Shown in pieces: positions 40,948 through 50,989 of a stretch of 64,000 nt of DNA. Origin of the DNA: an uncultured bacterium (GTDB taxonomy: Bacteria; Auribacterota; Erginobacteria; Erginobacterales; Erginobacteraceae). How positions within the stretch are numbered: the stretch's first letter is position 1; the number at the start of each line of letters is the position of its first letter. The DNA lies in contig CAWGIE010000033.1 in NCBI GenBank assembly GCA_963822585.1, forward strand, positions 1 through 64,000, in the 5' to 3' direction. The position numbers and the translations under genes were made by a program. Under the pieces are notes generated by a model. It was not told where the DNA came from, did not search any database, and was given only the letters and a program-made list of their open reading frames with translations.

Positions 40948-42410
40948 TTAGTGCGAAGTGCTAAGTTCCTGCTTCATCTCGGAGCTAATCTGCCGGGCGA
41001 TGTTGCCGGCTAGGAGACGATTGCCCGCGGCGTTGCAGTGGCCGAAGTCTCCGGCGAAATTATCCTTAAAATAGGCGCGGTAACCGTCCCTGTTTACCGC
41101 TTCCTTGAATACTTGTTCGTTGTCGATAAGGAGCACGCCGTTACCATCCCTGCGATTTTCATGAGCGGCTCGACGCTTCTCATCGGATATTGAACGGCCG
41201 CCAAAGCCACCCCTCGTTCTCGGCACATCTCTTGACCCGTTGATAGCTTTCCACCGTCATCGGGTTAGCGGCTTTCAGGCGCACGGATTCAATCTTCTCC
41301 AGATACTCCTCCGATAGTTCGGAGTTGCCGAGAACCTCATAGAGGTGGGCGATTTCGGCGCAGTAGCGGTCGTTGAGAGGATCGGCCGCGTGTGCCTTCA
41401 GGCAACTTCAAGAGCGCCCCGGTAATCACCCTTTTCCTTGTACACGTACCACAGCGTAACATTCGCCAGATAGTTGTCGGGCTCCATCGTAGAGCCCGAA
41501 AAGCGAGATCCTCGGCTTCCTTGAATCTTTTCTGCTTCCAGTAATAGCACCAGGCGAGAGCGCCCAGGGCTTCGCTATTGAAGGGATTGACGCTGATGGC
41601 TTTTTCGAGATGCGCGGCTCCTTCTTCCCATCGTTTCTTTTCCATGCACGCCCGTCCCATGATCGTCATCGCCTGGTCGTTACCGGGATCGCCCTCGAGG
41701 GCACGGGCGCATTCTTTCATGACCCTTTTAAAATCCTGGCGGTGCATATAATAGCGGGCCAGACCCACGTGAGCGGGAACCCAGCCGGGGTCAAGATCGC
41801 GGGCTCGGAAGAACATGGACGCCGCCTCTTCATCATCACCGGCTTCGAGCAGCCGATCTCCTTCGGAAACATAGTCTTCGGCATCCCAAGTCATTTTCCT
41901 GAAACCCGAGCGCAAGGTATTCCTGAGATTCTGCCAGGCGAAACTGAATACCTTGTACACACGGAGGCTTTTCCAGAACCCCGGATCCTGCTCGGCATCG
42001 TCGTAAGACAGAAGCCGTTGACGCGAATCATTGATGCCCATCATGGCGATCACCAGGTCCGGCCGATATTTATCCAGCCAGTCCGGGAGCGAGGCGGCGA
42101 TATACGCCGTATTGCATCCCGGTTTTCCTTTGTTGACAACCTGGAAGTTTCGCTCGGGATATTGTTCGCTGAGAATCTCCCCCAGTTGCCGAGGATAAGC
42201 GTAAGAATGGTCGCCGCAATAGGTGGTCGACTCTCCGACGCAGAGAATAACAAACTGATTGGACTCGCTTTGGGAGGTGGATGTCGCTTTATCTCTCTGC
42301 CACATGATCACAACAGCGGCAGCACGCAGGACACCTTCAAGGATGACCAACCCAAGCGTCAAAGCAAGGAGCGAAAGTAGGATATTTTGAATTAGCGGCT
42401 TTCTCATCAT
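40948..42410 (-). CDS. SGNH hydrolase with long TPR insertion, frameshifted
   Basis: VGESTT, NKGKPG, GIND; C-terminal DFGHCN..GN.LLA in downstream frame. Confidence 0.78.
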
Positions 42411-42626
42411 GACGTTTCAAGCCATTGAACAGACAAAATATATATTCAGTATTATTGTAATTAATTCTATAATACTGAACACTTGAGCGTAAAACAAGAG
42501 GTTTTTTAGAATAATTGGGGAGATAAACTTGAGGAGGCTACGAGCTTATGCGAGGAGTAGCAGGACCACGAACGAAGCGAAGCGGCAATCCCTGATTATC
42601 CACTATTCGGCGGGAGAGGATCTGCG

Positions 42627-43226
42627 TCAGAGGTCCTTGAGAAGCTCGGAGAGGCTTATATCCAGCGCCTGCGTAACCAGGTAAAGCGTTTTCAGTGAAA
42701 CGGCGCTTTTGCCCGATTCCAACTGGCTGAGCATGCTGGGAGAAAGACCGGCGGCGCGGGCCAGTTCCCGGCTGCCCATGTCTTTCCGGTGCCGCTGGAG
42801 GCGCACCAACTCCCCCACCCGCTCATTCAGATTGTCGAGCGAGCTGGTTATCAGCCCGATACTCGCGGCGGCTTTTCCTACCGCGTCACGGATATGCTGC
42901 ATGGCAAAAGGCTTGCGGACGTATTCGACGACCATCTTGTCCCCCACGACATCCATGGCCGTCTCCAGCGTGGGGTAGGCGGTAAGTATAATCACCGCGA
43001 TATCTCCGGTTAAGTCCTGGATCTCTTTAAGCAGTTGGATCCCGTCCATTCCCGGCATTTTGATGTCCAGAATGAGCACATCGTATTGTCGACTCCGCAA
43101 TTTATTCAGAGCTTCCGAGCCGTCGAAAGCAACTTCCGTTTCCCGACCGTCTATAGAGAGAATTTTTCTCAAGTTGTCGCAGAGGTCACGGTCATCGTCA
43201 ATAATCAGCACCCGAATCTTTCTCAT
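42627..43226 (-). CDS. Response regulator: receiver plus XRE-family HTH
   Basis: LIIDDD, LDIKMPGMDG, KPF; ELARAAGLSPSMLSQLESGK. Confidence 0.88.
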   Translation of the reverse strand: MRKIRVLIIDDDRDLCDNLRKILSIDGRETEVAFDGSEALNKLRSRQYDVLILDIKMPGMDGIQLLKEIQDLTGDIAVIILTAYPTLETAMDVVGDKMVVEYVRKPFAMQHIRDAVGKAAASIGLITSSLDNLNERVGELVRLQRHRKDMGSRELARAAGLSPSMLSQLESGKSAVSLKTLYLVTQALDISLSELLKDL

Positions 43227-43245
43227 TGGTGTCAACCTTCCCGGC

Positions 43246-45354
43246 TCACGCGACCGCCGGCATTCTAACGGTGAAAATCGTGCCTCGCTCTTTCCCCTGC
43301 GCGACGGCGATGGTTCCGCCGTGCGCTTCAATTATTCCCAGCGAAATGGAGAGACCCAGCCCCGTTCCCCGCTTTCCGCCCCGCTTGCTTTCACGGGAGC
43401 TGTAAAACGGCTCGAAGATATGGTGAATCGCCTCCGGTGAGATGGAACGCCCGTTGTTTTCGAACTCCAGAACAACCTCGCCGTCCTGACGGCAGGCTCG
43501 GAGCGTGAGGGTGTCTTCCCGTGCCATCGCCTCCCGGGCATTGATGATAAGGTTCAAAAAGACTTGCTGGAGCTGGCCCCTGTCCGCTGCTACCGGCGGC
43601 ACGGGAGAATATTCTCTTTTCACGTTAAGACCGGAGGTATGGAAATCGGCCTCCACCAGCTCCAGAACTTCATCCAGGGCCTGCACCGGATCGATCTTTT
43701 CCCTGACCCCAGTTTTGCGGCCGGCGAAATGGAGCAGGCCGTCAACCAGGGCGGCGCCCTTCTCAGAAGCTTTGACGATCTTCCGTACCTCCTCGCGCAT
43801 TTCCCCGGCGCCGCTGAAGTGCGACACGATCTCGGCGGAGCTCCGGATAACGGAAAGAAGGTTGTTGAACTCGTGAGCCACGCCGGCGGCAAGCTGGCCG
43901 ATACCGGCCATTTTATCGGCAAAGGCAAGTTTCTGCTCCAGTTCCTTCTTCTGGGTGACGTCTCTCAGTACAGCAAAGTAATGCCGGGGAGAGCCGTCTT
44001 CATTGCATTTCAGTGCCACATCCAACGCAATCTGCGGAACCCCCCCGTCAGGGCGATAGAGCTGCAGCTCGATTCCGGACTCGCTCCTCCGCTCGGCCAG
44101 GAAGGAAGGTGTCTGGAGCACCTTTTGCCCGGGAGGAGAAATAATCCGTCTTAGATCAAGGCCGGCGATTTCAGGGGGTGGACAGCCCGCCATTGAAACA
44201 AATGTCTGGTTGAAATCCAGAATCCGGCCTTCAAGATCGAAGGTGATGATACCGTCCGGACTACTCTCCACCAGCGTCCGGTACCTCTCCTCCGATTCCT
44301 TGAGCTTCCGCTGAACGCGGGCCTCTTCTTCCGCCCGCACCCGGGCCCGGTGCGTCCTGAAGAGGAAATATCCTGCCACAAAACCCAGACAGAGGAGAAA
44401 GAAGAGAAAAGAAACGTAGTATTTCTGGATCCGATTGATGGATTGCGCGATTTTCTGAAGAGGCCGGCTCACGCCGACCAACCAGCGAGCTTTCCCCACC
44501 GTGCTGAAGGAGAAGGATACGACCTGATCGCCCGGGCCCCCACCCCGGACGATCCCGGCGTTTTCCTTTCCTCGCAGTATACCTTTCAAGTGATTTTCAT
44601 CTACCCCGATCAAAGTCAGCCCCTTTCCCCTTTCCCTGGTAAGCGAAAGCGCATCTTGACCGGTAATAGCCGCGGTAGAGTGCGCCAGAATCGTACCGTC
44701 ATGTCCAATGATGAATATCGTCGGGGCGGACCCCGTGACGTCAGGCAGGATGAAATTCTCCACTATCTCATCAATGGCGATCCCGACACAGACGAGGCCT
44801 TTCAAATCAGCAACAGGCATCAATCCGCCCGAAGAATTTAGATGGCCGATTTTATAAACAGGCGACGCGAGCAGCACCAGGTACCTTCTCTTATCACCGA
44901 TGCGGAAAGAGCGGGAGAAAATATACGGCGTCTCTTTCTCCATACCCTGAAGCACGTTATCCACTTCCGATAAAGCTATTCCCTCCTCTCTCTGGAAAAA
45001 ATCCCGGGGGAAAATGGAACGAATCTTCCCATTCAAATCGGCATATAACAGGACATCCGCCCCAGGGAACATGCTCGCGAAGGTTGAGGAGAGCTTCGCA
45101 TCCACCTCCTTCTCCTCCAATCTACTCCCCGAGAGATCGCGGGAGAGACGCAGTGAATCAGTGGCGAGACTGCGCATATAGAAATCTATGTTTTTCGCCG
45201 CGGAACTCGCCAGCACCAACTGGTCTATTCCGAAATCGCTCACTAACTGTTCTTCCGTGGCCCTGTAGATCAAGTAGGCAAAGAATCCCGTCAGCAAGAT
45301 GATGATCATCAGGGGCAATAATATCTTGATGTACGATTTGACCAAGTCACGCAT
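43246..45354 (-). CDS. Sensor histidine kinase (Cache-like, PAS, HisKA, HATPase)
   Basis: AGVAHEFNNLL, QVFLNLIINA, IFEPFYS, GTGLGL. Confidence 0.92.
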   Translation of the reverse strand: MRDLVKSYIKILLPLMIIILLTGFFAYLIYRATEEQLVSDFGIDQLVLASSAAKNIDFYMRSLATDSLRLSRDLSGSRLEEKEVDAKLSSTFASMFPGADVLLYADLNGKIRSIFPRDFFQREEGIALSEVDNVLQGMEKETPYIFSRSFRIGDKRRYLVLLASPVYKIGHLNSSGGLMPVADLKGLVCVGIAIDEIVENFILPDVTGSAPTIFIIGHDGTILAHSTAAITGQDALSLTRERGKGLTLIGVDENHLKGILRGKENAGIVRGGGPGDQVVSFSFSTVGKARWLVGVSRPLQKIAQSINRIQKYYVSFLFFLLCLGFVAGYFLFRTHRARVRAEEEARVQRKLKESEERYRTLVESSPDGIITFDLEGRILDFNQTFVSMAGCPPPEIAGLDLRRIISPPGQKVLQTPSFLAERRSESGIELQLYRPDGGVPQIALDVALKCNEDGSPRHYFAVLRDVTQKKELEQKLAFADKMAGIGQLAAGVAHEFNNLLSVIRSSAEIVSHFSGAGEMREEVRKIVKASEKGAALVDGLLHFAGRKTGVREKIDPVQALDEVLELVEADFHTSGLNVKREYSPVPPVAADRGQLQQVFLNLIINAREAMAREDTLTLRACRQDGEVVLEFENNGRSISPEAIHHIFEPFYSSRESKRGGKRGTGLGLSISLGIIEAHGGTIAVAQGKERGTIFTVRMPAVA

Positions 45355-45468
45355 AGCCTTTATCCATATGTCATTTTAACCTTATTATTCATGAAATCTG
45401 CCAATAGGCAAGAGCAATCAGACTATCGTTAGGGCAACATGTACACTCCGTCCCCTATTTTGATTTCT

Positions 45469-45496
45469 TGACTATCTTATTTCCGCGTGGGATACT
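45469..45496 (+). promoter_or_regulatory. Putative sigma70 promoter
   Basis: TTGACT-16 bp-GATACT with upstream TG, 26 bp before ATG. Confidence 0.4.
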
Positions 45497-45522
45497 GACG
45501 TATCCATAACCGGGGCTTGATC

Positions 45523-47398
45523 ATGGATATCAACCAGAAAGTTCTTTGTGTCGATCTGCGCAGCGGGTTCTACCGGATCCGGCGCTACCCGCTCCCGGAT
45601 TACTTCGGGCCGGTCGATCTCGGCCTGCACATGGCCAGCCAGCACCACTCCCTGAACATCGGGGTCGGACTGCTGGCCGGTTCGATCTTCCCCGGTTCCA
45701 ACCGCCTCATCTTCACCGGGAACTCCCCCTGCTGGGACAATTTCTACATCTCGTCCATGGGCGGCGCGGGCCTGGTCTTCAACAACCTGGGACTGAACAT
45801 GCTCTCCCTCCTCGACCGGGCTCCCGTTCCCTCGATCCTCTACCTGAACCGGAACCATACCGAGGAGGTCGAGGTGGAGATCGTGCCGGTCGATATCAAA
45901 CGGGTCTGGGCGGCCGGCCGGGGAGGGATCTACTCGCTTCTGGATCACGTCTACCGGCGCTTCGGAAAACGCTACGAAGTCGCTCCCCGGATCCTGGCGG
46001 TGGGCCCGGCGGCGCTGTATACCGACTTCGGCGCCATCGGATCGGCCCCGATCGAGAAGGGGGTACTGACCCACGTCGACACCTGGGCCGGGCGGGGCGG
46101 CCTCGGTTCCCGGCTGCTCCAGCACCACGGGATCGCCGCCGATCATCTACGGCGGGAGCTACCCGGCCGATGATTTCCGGGACCGGGAAGTGGCGGACAA
46201 GTGGTTCGTGGACAAGTACCAGAGGAAGCTGGCGGCGCAGGACTTCCAGGCCACGACCAAGTACCGATTCAACGCCGAGATGGGAACCGGCGGCACCTTC
46301 GGCGTCAACTTCACCACCCTCCAGGGGAGGATCATCGCTTTCAATTACCGCTCCATCTACCTGAGCGAGGAGGAGCGGCTCTCAATCAACCGGCGCCTGA
46401 TCGCCGACCACTACCTGAAACAGTTCAACGAGGAGACGATCAAGCCCAGGCTCCAGAAAACCTGCGGCGAGCCCTGCCCGGCTATCTGCAAGAAGATGCA
46501 CGGGGAGTACAAGAAAGATTACGAGCCCTACCAGACGATGGGGCCGTTGACCGGGATCTTCGACCAGCGGGCGGCGGAAAAACTGAACCACCACGCCGAC
46601 CGCTACGGCTTCGACGCCATCTCGGCCGGGGGGGTCCTGGCCTGGCTGATGGACTGCCTGGACACGGGTCTCCTCACCCCGGAAGAACTGGGGGTGAGCG
46701 GGAAACCCGTCTTCTCGCCGGACGGTTTTGATGCCGTCCAGGATTCGATGAAGAACGCCGACCTGGGGGTGGAACTGCTCGACTCCATCATCGAGCGGCG
46801 GGGGTCACTCGATCTTTCCAACGGGGCCCGGAGCCTGGCCCGGAGACTTTCCCGGAAGAAGGGACGAGAGGTCCTCGACCGTTTCGTCTATTGCGCCGCC
46901 GGGCGGCGGGGATGGATGGTCCCCAACCAGTACTGGACCCCGGGGGCGCTCTCTCCGATGGCGATCATGGGCAAGTACTACATGTATTACGGGGAAGACT
47001 TCTTCCCTCCCCGGGAACTGGGACGGCTCGACGCCCGGCATCTGGAGGAGGAACTGATCCTGGACAACATGGGGTTCTGCCGGTTCCACCGGGGATGGGC
47101 GGTGGAGATGATCCCGGAGATCGTGGAGGCTCTCTTCGGGATGAAGGAGGAGTTCGAGAAGAAGATCAGGATCACCGCCCGGCGGATCAACAGCCGCAAC
47201 ACCTCCGGCTTCTGGGAGTCGGAGCGCGACATCGACTTCATCCATACCTTCCTGAAACGGCAACGGGACGTGGAGGGGAATACCAAGCCCGAACTCCTGC
47301 GCTGGATCGACGCCTTCGACAAGGACAAGAAGGAGGCGGCCCTCGATTTCTGGAGCGAGATCTACAAGGGGATCAATGACGTGCTGCGGGAGTTTTAA
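45523..47398 (+). CDS. Aldehyde:ferredoxin oxidoreductase family W/Mo enzyme, GAPOR-like; frameshift near 46140
   Basis: AGRGGLGS, ATTKYR..GTGGTFG.N, TCGEPCP..CKK, DYEPY, DRYGFDAI, DNMGFCRFHR.W. Confidence 0.82.
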
Positions 47399-47568
47399 TC
47401 CGGTTAATCAGATTCTTCTTTTTTTGTGGCGTATTTCCTGCTACACTTTCCTGTTCGTCAGGATGCTCATCACCTGGTTCTCAGTCTCCATCAGTCGATA
47501 ACCTGATATCATAGACTTTTTTCTTTGTATATTGGAATTTTATAGGGGAAATTTCTAATATCATAGAC

Positions 47569-47639
47569 TTTTTTCCACCATAATCAGTCCCTTCGGGCCT
47601 ATTATGGCAGAAAAAACTCAGCTCAACTCGGCGTTATAA
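47569..47639 (+). other. Partial attC site (right half)
   Basis: Imperfect hairpin followed by GCTCAAC-TCGGC-GTTATAA directly before a cassette ORF. Confidence 0.55.
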
Positions 47640-47653
47640 TAACGAGGTCAAAA

Positions 47654-47926
47654 ATGGCAATATTGTCATGCCCATATTGCAATAAAAAGGGCCTTTCTTT
47701 ATTTAAAAAATTCTGCCTTAGTCCAGGAAGTTCAGTAAAGTGCCAAAACTGCGGAGAAAAAATTGGAATACCTTCGGGCAAATACATAATTTCTATGCTC
47801 CCAATTAGTATTTCTATTATTCTCTCAATGATGGGTGCGAAGTTTTATGTATTCATAATTGCCGTTATCTTAATGATTATTATGGTTTTGGGATGGGTTC
47901 CGATTGTAAAAAAAGATAGTGAATAA
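47654..47926 (+). CDS. Cassette gene: CxxC zinc-ribbon plus TM protein
   Basis: CPYC...CQNC, hydrophobic C-terminus, low GC, GAGG SD. Confidence 0.7.
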   Translation: MAILSCPYCNKKGLSLFKKFCLSPGSSVKCQNCGEKIGIPSGKYIISMLPISISIILSMMGAKFYVFIIAVILMIIMVLGWVPIVKKDSE

Positions 47927-47929
47927 AAA

Positions 47930-48913
47930 ATCTATCAAGCCGCTCAAGCAGACCGGAAGGGCTAATGCTGCTGTCGAACGTTTTGTCTTCGCCAGAGTTT
48001 TCCCAGTTGGCATGGTTTCTCAGTCGGCCCCTTCCGGCCGCTTAGCTCTCCCTTAAATCCTTCATATAAGGAAAAATAAGTAGTAGTTTGGAGTTTTAAC
48101 GGACAGATACGGTCGCGCTGAATATTTATCGCGGAGTGTTCCAGGATTAACGGTGTCAGAGAGGGAAAAAAGAACCGGATCGGGGCGGATTTCCCGGTTG
48201 AAGACAGACCCCTCCCCCGGTTTAACGAAATAAGATACTTTGGAAGAGACCGGAAGCCTGCTACGTCACCAGACTGCAACCCAGGAGATACACCTTTTTC
48301 GTCACTGCTTGCAACGTTGCTTGCAGTTTGAGGTTATCGGCGAAGATTAATTGTACTCCCCGGCCTCACCGCCGGACAATACAGGGAACATTAATAAACC
48401 AGTTGCGGATCGCCTTGGCGCTTTTCATTACCCATATTCCCCCCAGGACCAGGCGCTTGAAAGCGTTAATCAGATTATAGGCAATCATCTTCACTTTGTT
48501 TTGTTTTGCCCGGATGGAAGTAAGTGGTTATACTATGAGGTAATTCAAGCAGACGTGAAAAGTTAATCAGATCTATATATCCTCCGTAGCTGGAGAGTCT
48601 ACGATTAGAAAATCGACAAGTAACATGCCGATATCCGAATTGCTTTCTCAGTTCCCGATGAAGCTTCGTTTGGGGTAACACCGATCGGCTGGTTCTCTTC
48701 ATGCTGGCCTCTCTTTTATGTGGTTTTTGGTTGAGTTGCCACTCCCATTTAACCACGGGGGCCAGCATTAAAACAAACGTTTAGTAAGTGGTTTTAAACG
48801 CCTGTTTATAACCACAGCTACTAAACTCAAAATAGATGATTTTTCCGTAGGATTTGTAAGGTGTAGTACCGTTTTACTGCCTTTATATGAAGGATTCAGG
48901 CTTCTCGTTAGTT
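47930..48913 (+). other. attC site interrupted by IS
   Basis: ATCTATC-AAGCC-GCTCAAGC...GCTTAGC-TCTC[IS]TTCTC-GTTAGTT. Confidence 0.7.
48052..48900 (-). mobile_element. Internally deleted IS1380-family element
   Basis: Terminal IR core AATCCTTCATATAA; N-terminal F..RRLSSYGG and C-terminal IAYNLINAFKRL..IRNWFINVP transposase remnants. Confidence 0.75.
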
Positions 48914-48923
48914 TTTAAAATCA

Positions 48924-49349
48924 ATGAAAATTTGCCCAAAATGCAAAACTCCTGCTCGGGATAATATTCAAAAATGTTGTTGCGGATATGATTTTTGCTC
49001 AATCCACAAGGACCGGCTTCCCGTTGCTATACTCTGCCTCCATATTGCAGCAATATTATATGTTCTTATTGGTGCATACTTATTTTTTCTACACCGCCCT
49101 ACTAATGATTCCAAAATAGTTGATGGGCTTATCTTCATATTTATAATTCACCTTATTGTCTGTTTAGGAATTGCGGCACTTAATGAAGTGGTAGCAAGAG
49201 CCATAAAAAAAAGGAAATTCTGGGGGTGGGTAGTTGGAATTATTTTATTTGGTCTATACATCCCCTCTCCCTTCCTGCCGATTGGAGGATTTGGATTGTG
49301 GGCTTTACTCACACCAAATTCACGAAAAGTTTTTTTACAAAAAAACTAA
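48924..49349 (+). CDS. Cassette gene: zinc-ribbon plus membrane protein
   Basis: CPKC..CCCGYDF; core GTTAGTT upstream matches AACTAAC at the stop codon. Confidence 0.75.
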   Translation: MKICPKCKTPARDNIQKCCCGYDFCSIHKDRLPVAILCLHIAAILYVLIGAYLFFLHRPTNDSKIVDGLIFIFIIHLIVCLGIAALNEVVARAIKKRKFWGWVVGIILFGLYIPSPFLPIGGFGLWALLTPNSRKVFLQKN

Positions 49350-49408
49350 CCGCTCCAGCAGACAGAAAACCGCATTGCGGTTTTCGGCTACTGAGCTCGA
49401 CGTTAATA
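49344..49408 (+). other. attC site
   Basis: AACTAAC-C-GCTCCAGC..GAAAACCGC-ATT-GCGGTTTTC..ACTGAGC-TCGAC-GTTAATA; left spacer shortened. Confidence 0.75.
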
Positions 49409-49424
49409 ATATGGAGAAATTGAA

Positions 49425-49832
49425 ATGAAGAAATGCTCTGCTTGTGGCGAGTTGAATTCTGATGAGACATCCTCTTGTAAATCGTGTGCTGCTCCACTTC
49501 CAGTTAGCAGTACCTCTCTCCCAAAATCAACTATGACAAAACGAGATTTGTTCATAGTTGGCTTACGACTTATCGGGGTTTATCTCATAGTTTTTGGTTT
49601 CTTAGGTGCCCTGCATAAACTGGGCTCCAATTATGCAATGTTACGAGTTATTTCCCAAGCTGCAGGCTTTGATGGCTTCGGGGGTCTTGCGGAGAGCATG
49701 CAATATTTAAGCATCTTCACCGGGGTTATCTGGGATCTGGTTCGCATTGTTGTTGGTCTGTATTTTTGCAGAGGCGGGGAATTGCTTTTTAACTTTGTTA
49801 GGATGAAAGATGGCGTTCTTTCCGAATATTAA
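49425..49832 (+). CDS. Cassette gene: zinc-ribbon plus TM protein
   Basis: CSACG...CKSC; GGAG SD; bounded by attC sites. Confidence 0.72.
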   Translation: MKKCSACGELNSDETSSCKSCAAPLPVSSTSLPKSTMTKRDLFIVGLRLIGVYLIVFGFLGALHKLGSNYAMLRVISQAAGFDGFGGLAESMQYLSIFTGVIWDLVRIVVGLYFCRGGELLFNFVRMKDGVLSEY

Positions 49833-49833
49833 T

Positions 49834-50075
49834 TTCTAACGAGTCGCTATAACAGACCAGGGCCCGCGATGAGGCTGTGTCACAACCTCCAAAATGTCAT
49901 CGCGATCCGCCTCAGGCGGAGAAGCGATCTCAATTCGCGAACAAAAGATGCTATTTTCCAACGGGTTGAGATCGCTTCGTCGCTGCGCTCCTCGCGATGA
50001 CAGTAAAATCGTCGAGAATAGCAATTGCGACACAGTCTGGATGCGGGCCCTGGTCTGCTGAGCTCGGCGATTTGG
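49834..50075 (+). other. Degenerate attC site with MITE in its apical loop
   Basis: TTCTAAC-GAGTC-GCTATAAC-AGACCAGGGCCCGC[..]GCGGGCCCTGGTCT-GCTGAGC-TCGGC-GATTTGG. Confidence 0.7.
49872..50039. mobile_element. MITE-like element with nested palindromic repeat
   Basis: IR AGGCTGTGTCACAA / TTGCGACACAGTCT (12 of 14 match); GATG on both flanks. Confidence 0.7.
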
Positions 50076-50301
50076 TAAGGGGGATAAAAGGAGGGAAAAA
50101 TTACCCCAACGGGGTAGCCTGCCCTGAGCAAAGTCGACGGGAGACATTAAAGCCCAGGGTAAAACCCCGGGCTGACATGTTATACCCTTTCAGGGTATCA
50201 AGCCGAATTTACAAATATCCGATTGAAGATGATTCATTCATCTTCGCGACCGAGAATTATTACTTTCCAGACACATCCATTTAGGTTATATTATTACCAT
50301 C

Positions 50302-50568
50302 ATGAAGTACGCGGTCCGGATCAAGAAGAAAGTGGCTCGCGGCCTCAGGAAGCTGCCTGACGATGTCCAGAAACTCCTATTCTTACTCATTACGGATCTC
50401 CAGGCGGACGGTCCGATTCAGAAGAGTTGGCGAAACTTTTCGCCGCGCGGGGAAGATCGATATTACTGCCATTTGAACTATAGATATGTGGCCTGCTGGA
50501 TATGCCGCAAGAATGAAATAATCATAGAGGTGTACTATGTTGGCTCTCGTGAAAAAGCCCCATATTGA
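50302..50568 (+). CDS. RelE/HigB-like toxin
   Basis: 88 aa basic protein; Y.V.I.KK..R.L.KLP, EVYYVGSRE.A.Y. Confidence 0.78.
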   Translation: MKYAVRIKKKVARGLRKLPDDVQKLLFLLITDLQADGPIQKSWRNFSPRGEDRYYCHLNYRYVACWICRKNEIIIEVYYVGSREKAPY

Positions 50569-50908
50569 GCTTTCGATTCACGGCGAGCATATTGATGAGC
50601 TGCTCGCCTGGATTAGAAAGAAATATGACGTTTCGATCCTCGCGGAAGAAGCAGGCGATGAGTTTATTTCCATCGAGAGCACCGAGTTCTGGAAGGAAAT
50701 GGAAAAGAATCGTATCGGCAACCTCCTGGCCGGCGCCCGGTTGAAGGCCGGATTAACGCAGGACGAGCTCGCGACAAAGTTGGGGATCCGTCAGAACATG
50801 GTCAGTGATTACGAGCGGGGGCGGCGCGCGTATTCCCCCGCCATGGCCAAGCGGCTGAGCAAGGTGCTCAAAGTCAAGGAAGAACGTCTGAGATATATGA
50901 ACGATTAA
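50537..50908 (+). CDS. XRE-HTH antitoxin (HigA-like)
   Basis: RLKAGLTQDELA.KLGI.Q..VSDYERG.R; overlaps toxin 3' end. Confidence 0.8.
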   Translation: MLALVKKPHIELSIHGEHIDELLAWIRKKYDVSILAEEAGDEFISIESTEFWKEMEKNRIGNLLAGARLKAGLTQDELATKLGIRQNMVSDYERGRRAYSPAMAKRLSKVLKVKEERLRYMND

Positions 50909-50989
50909 CTACACGTCTAATCCATATAAGCCCACGGGCTATGATGTTATGTCCCTTCGGGGCAGCGGTCGGATACGGAGAAAGAAAAA

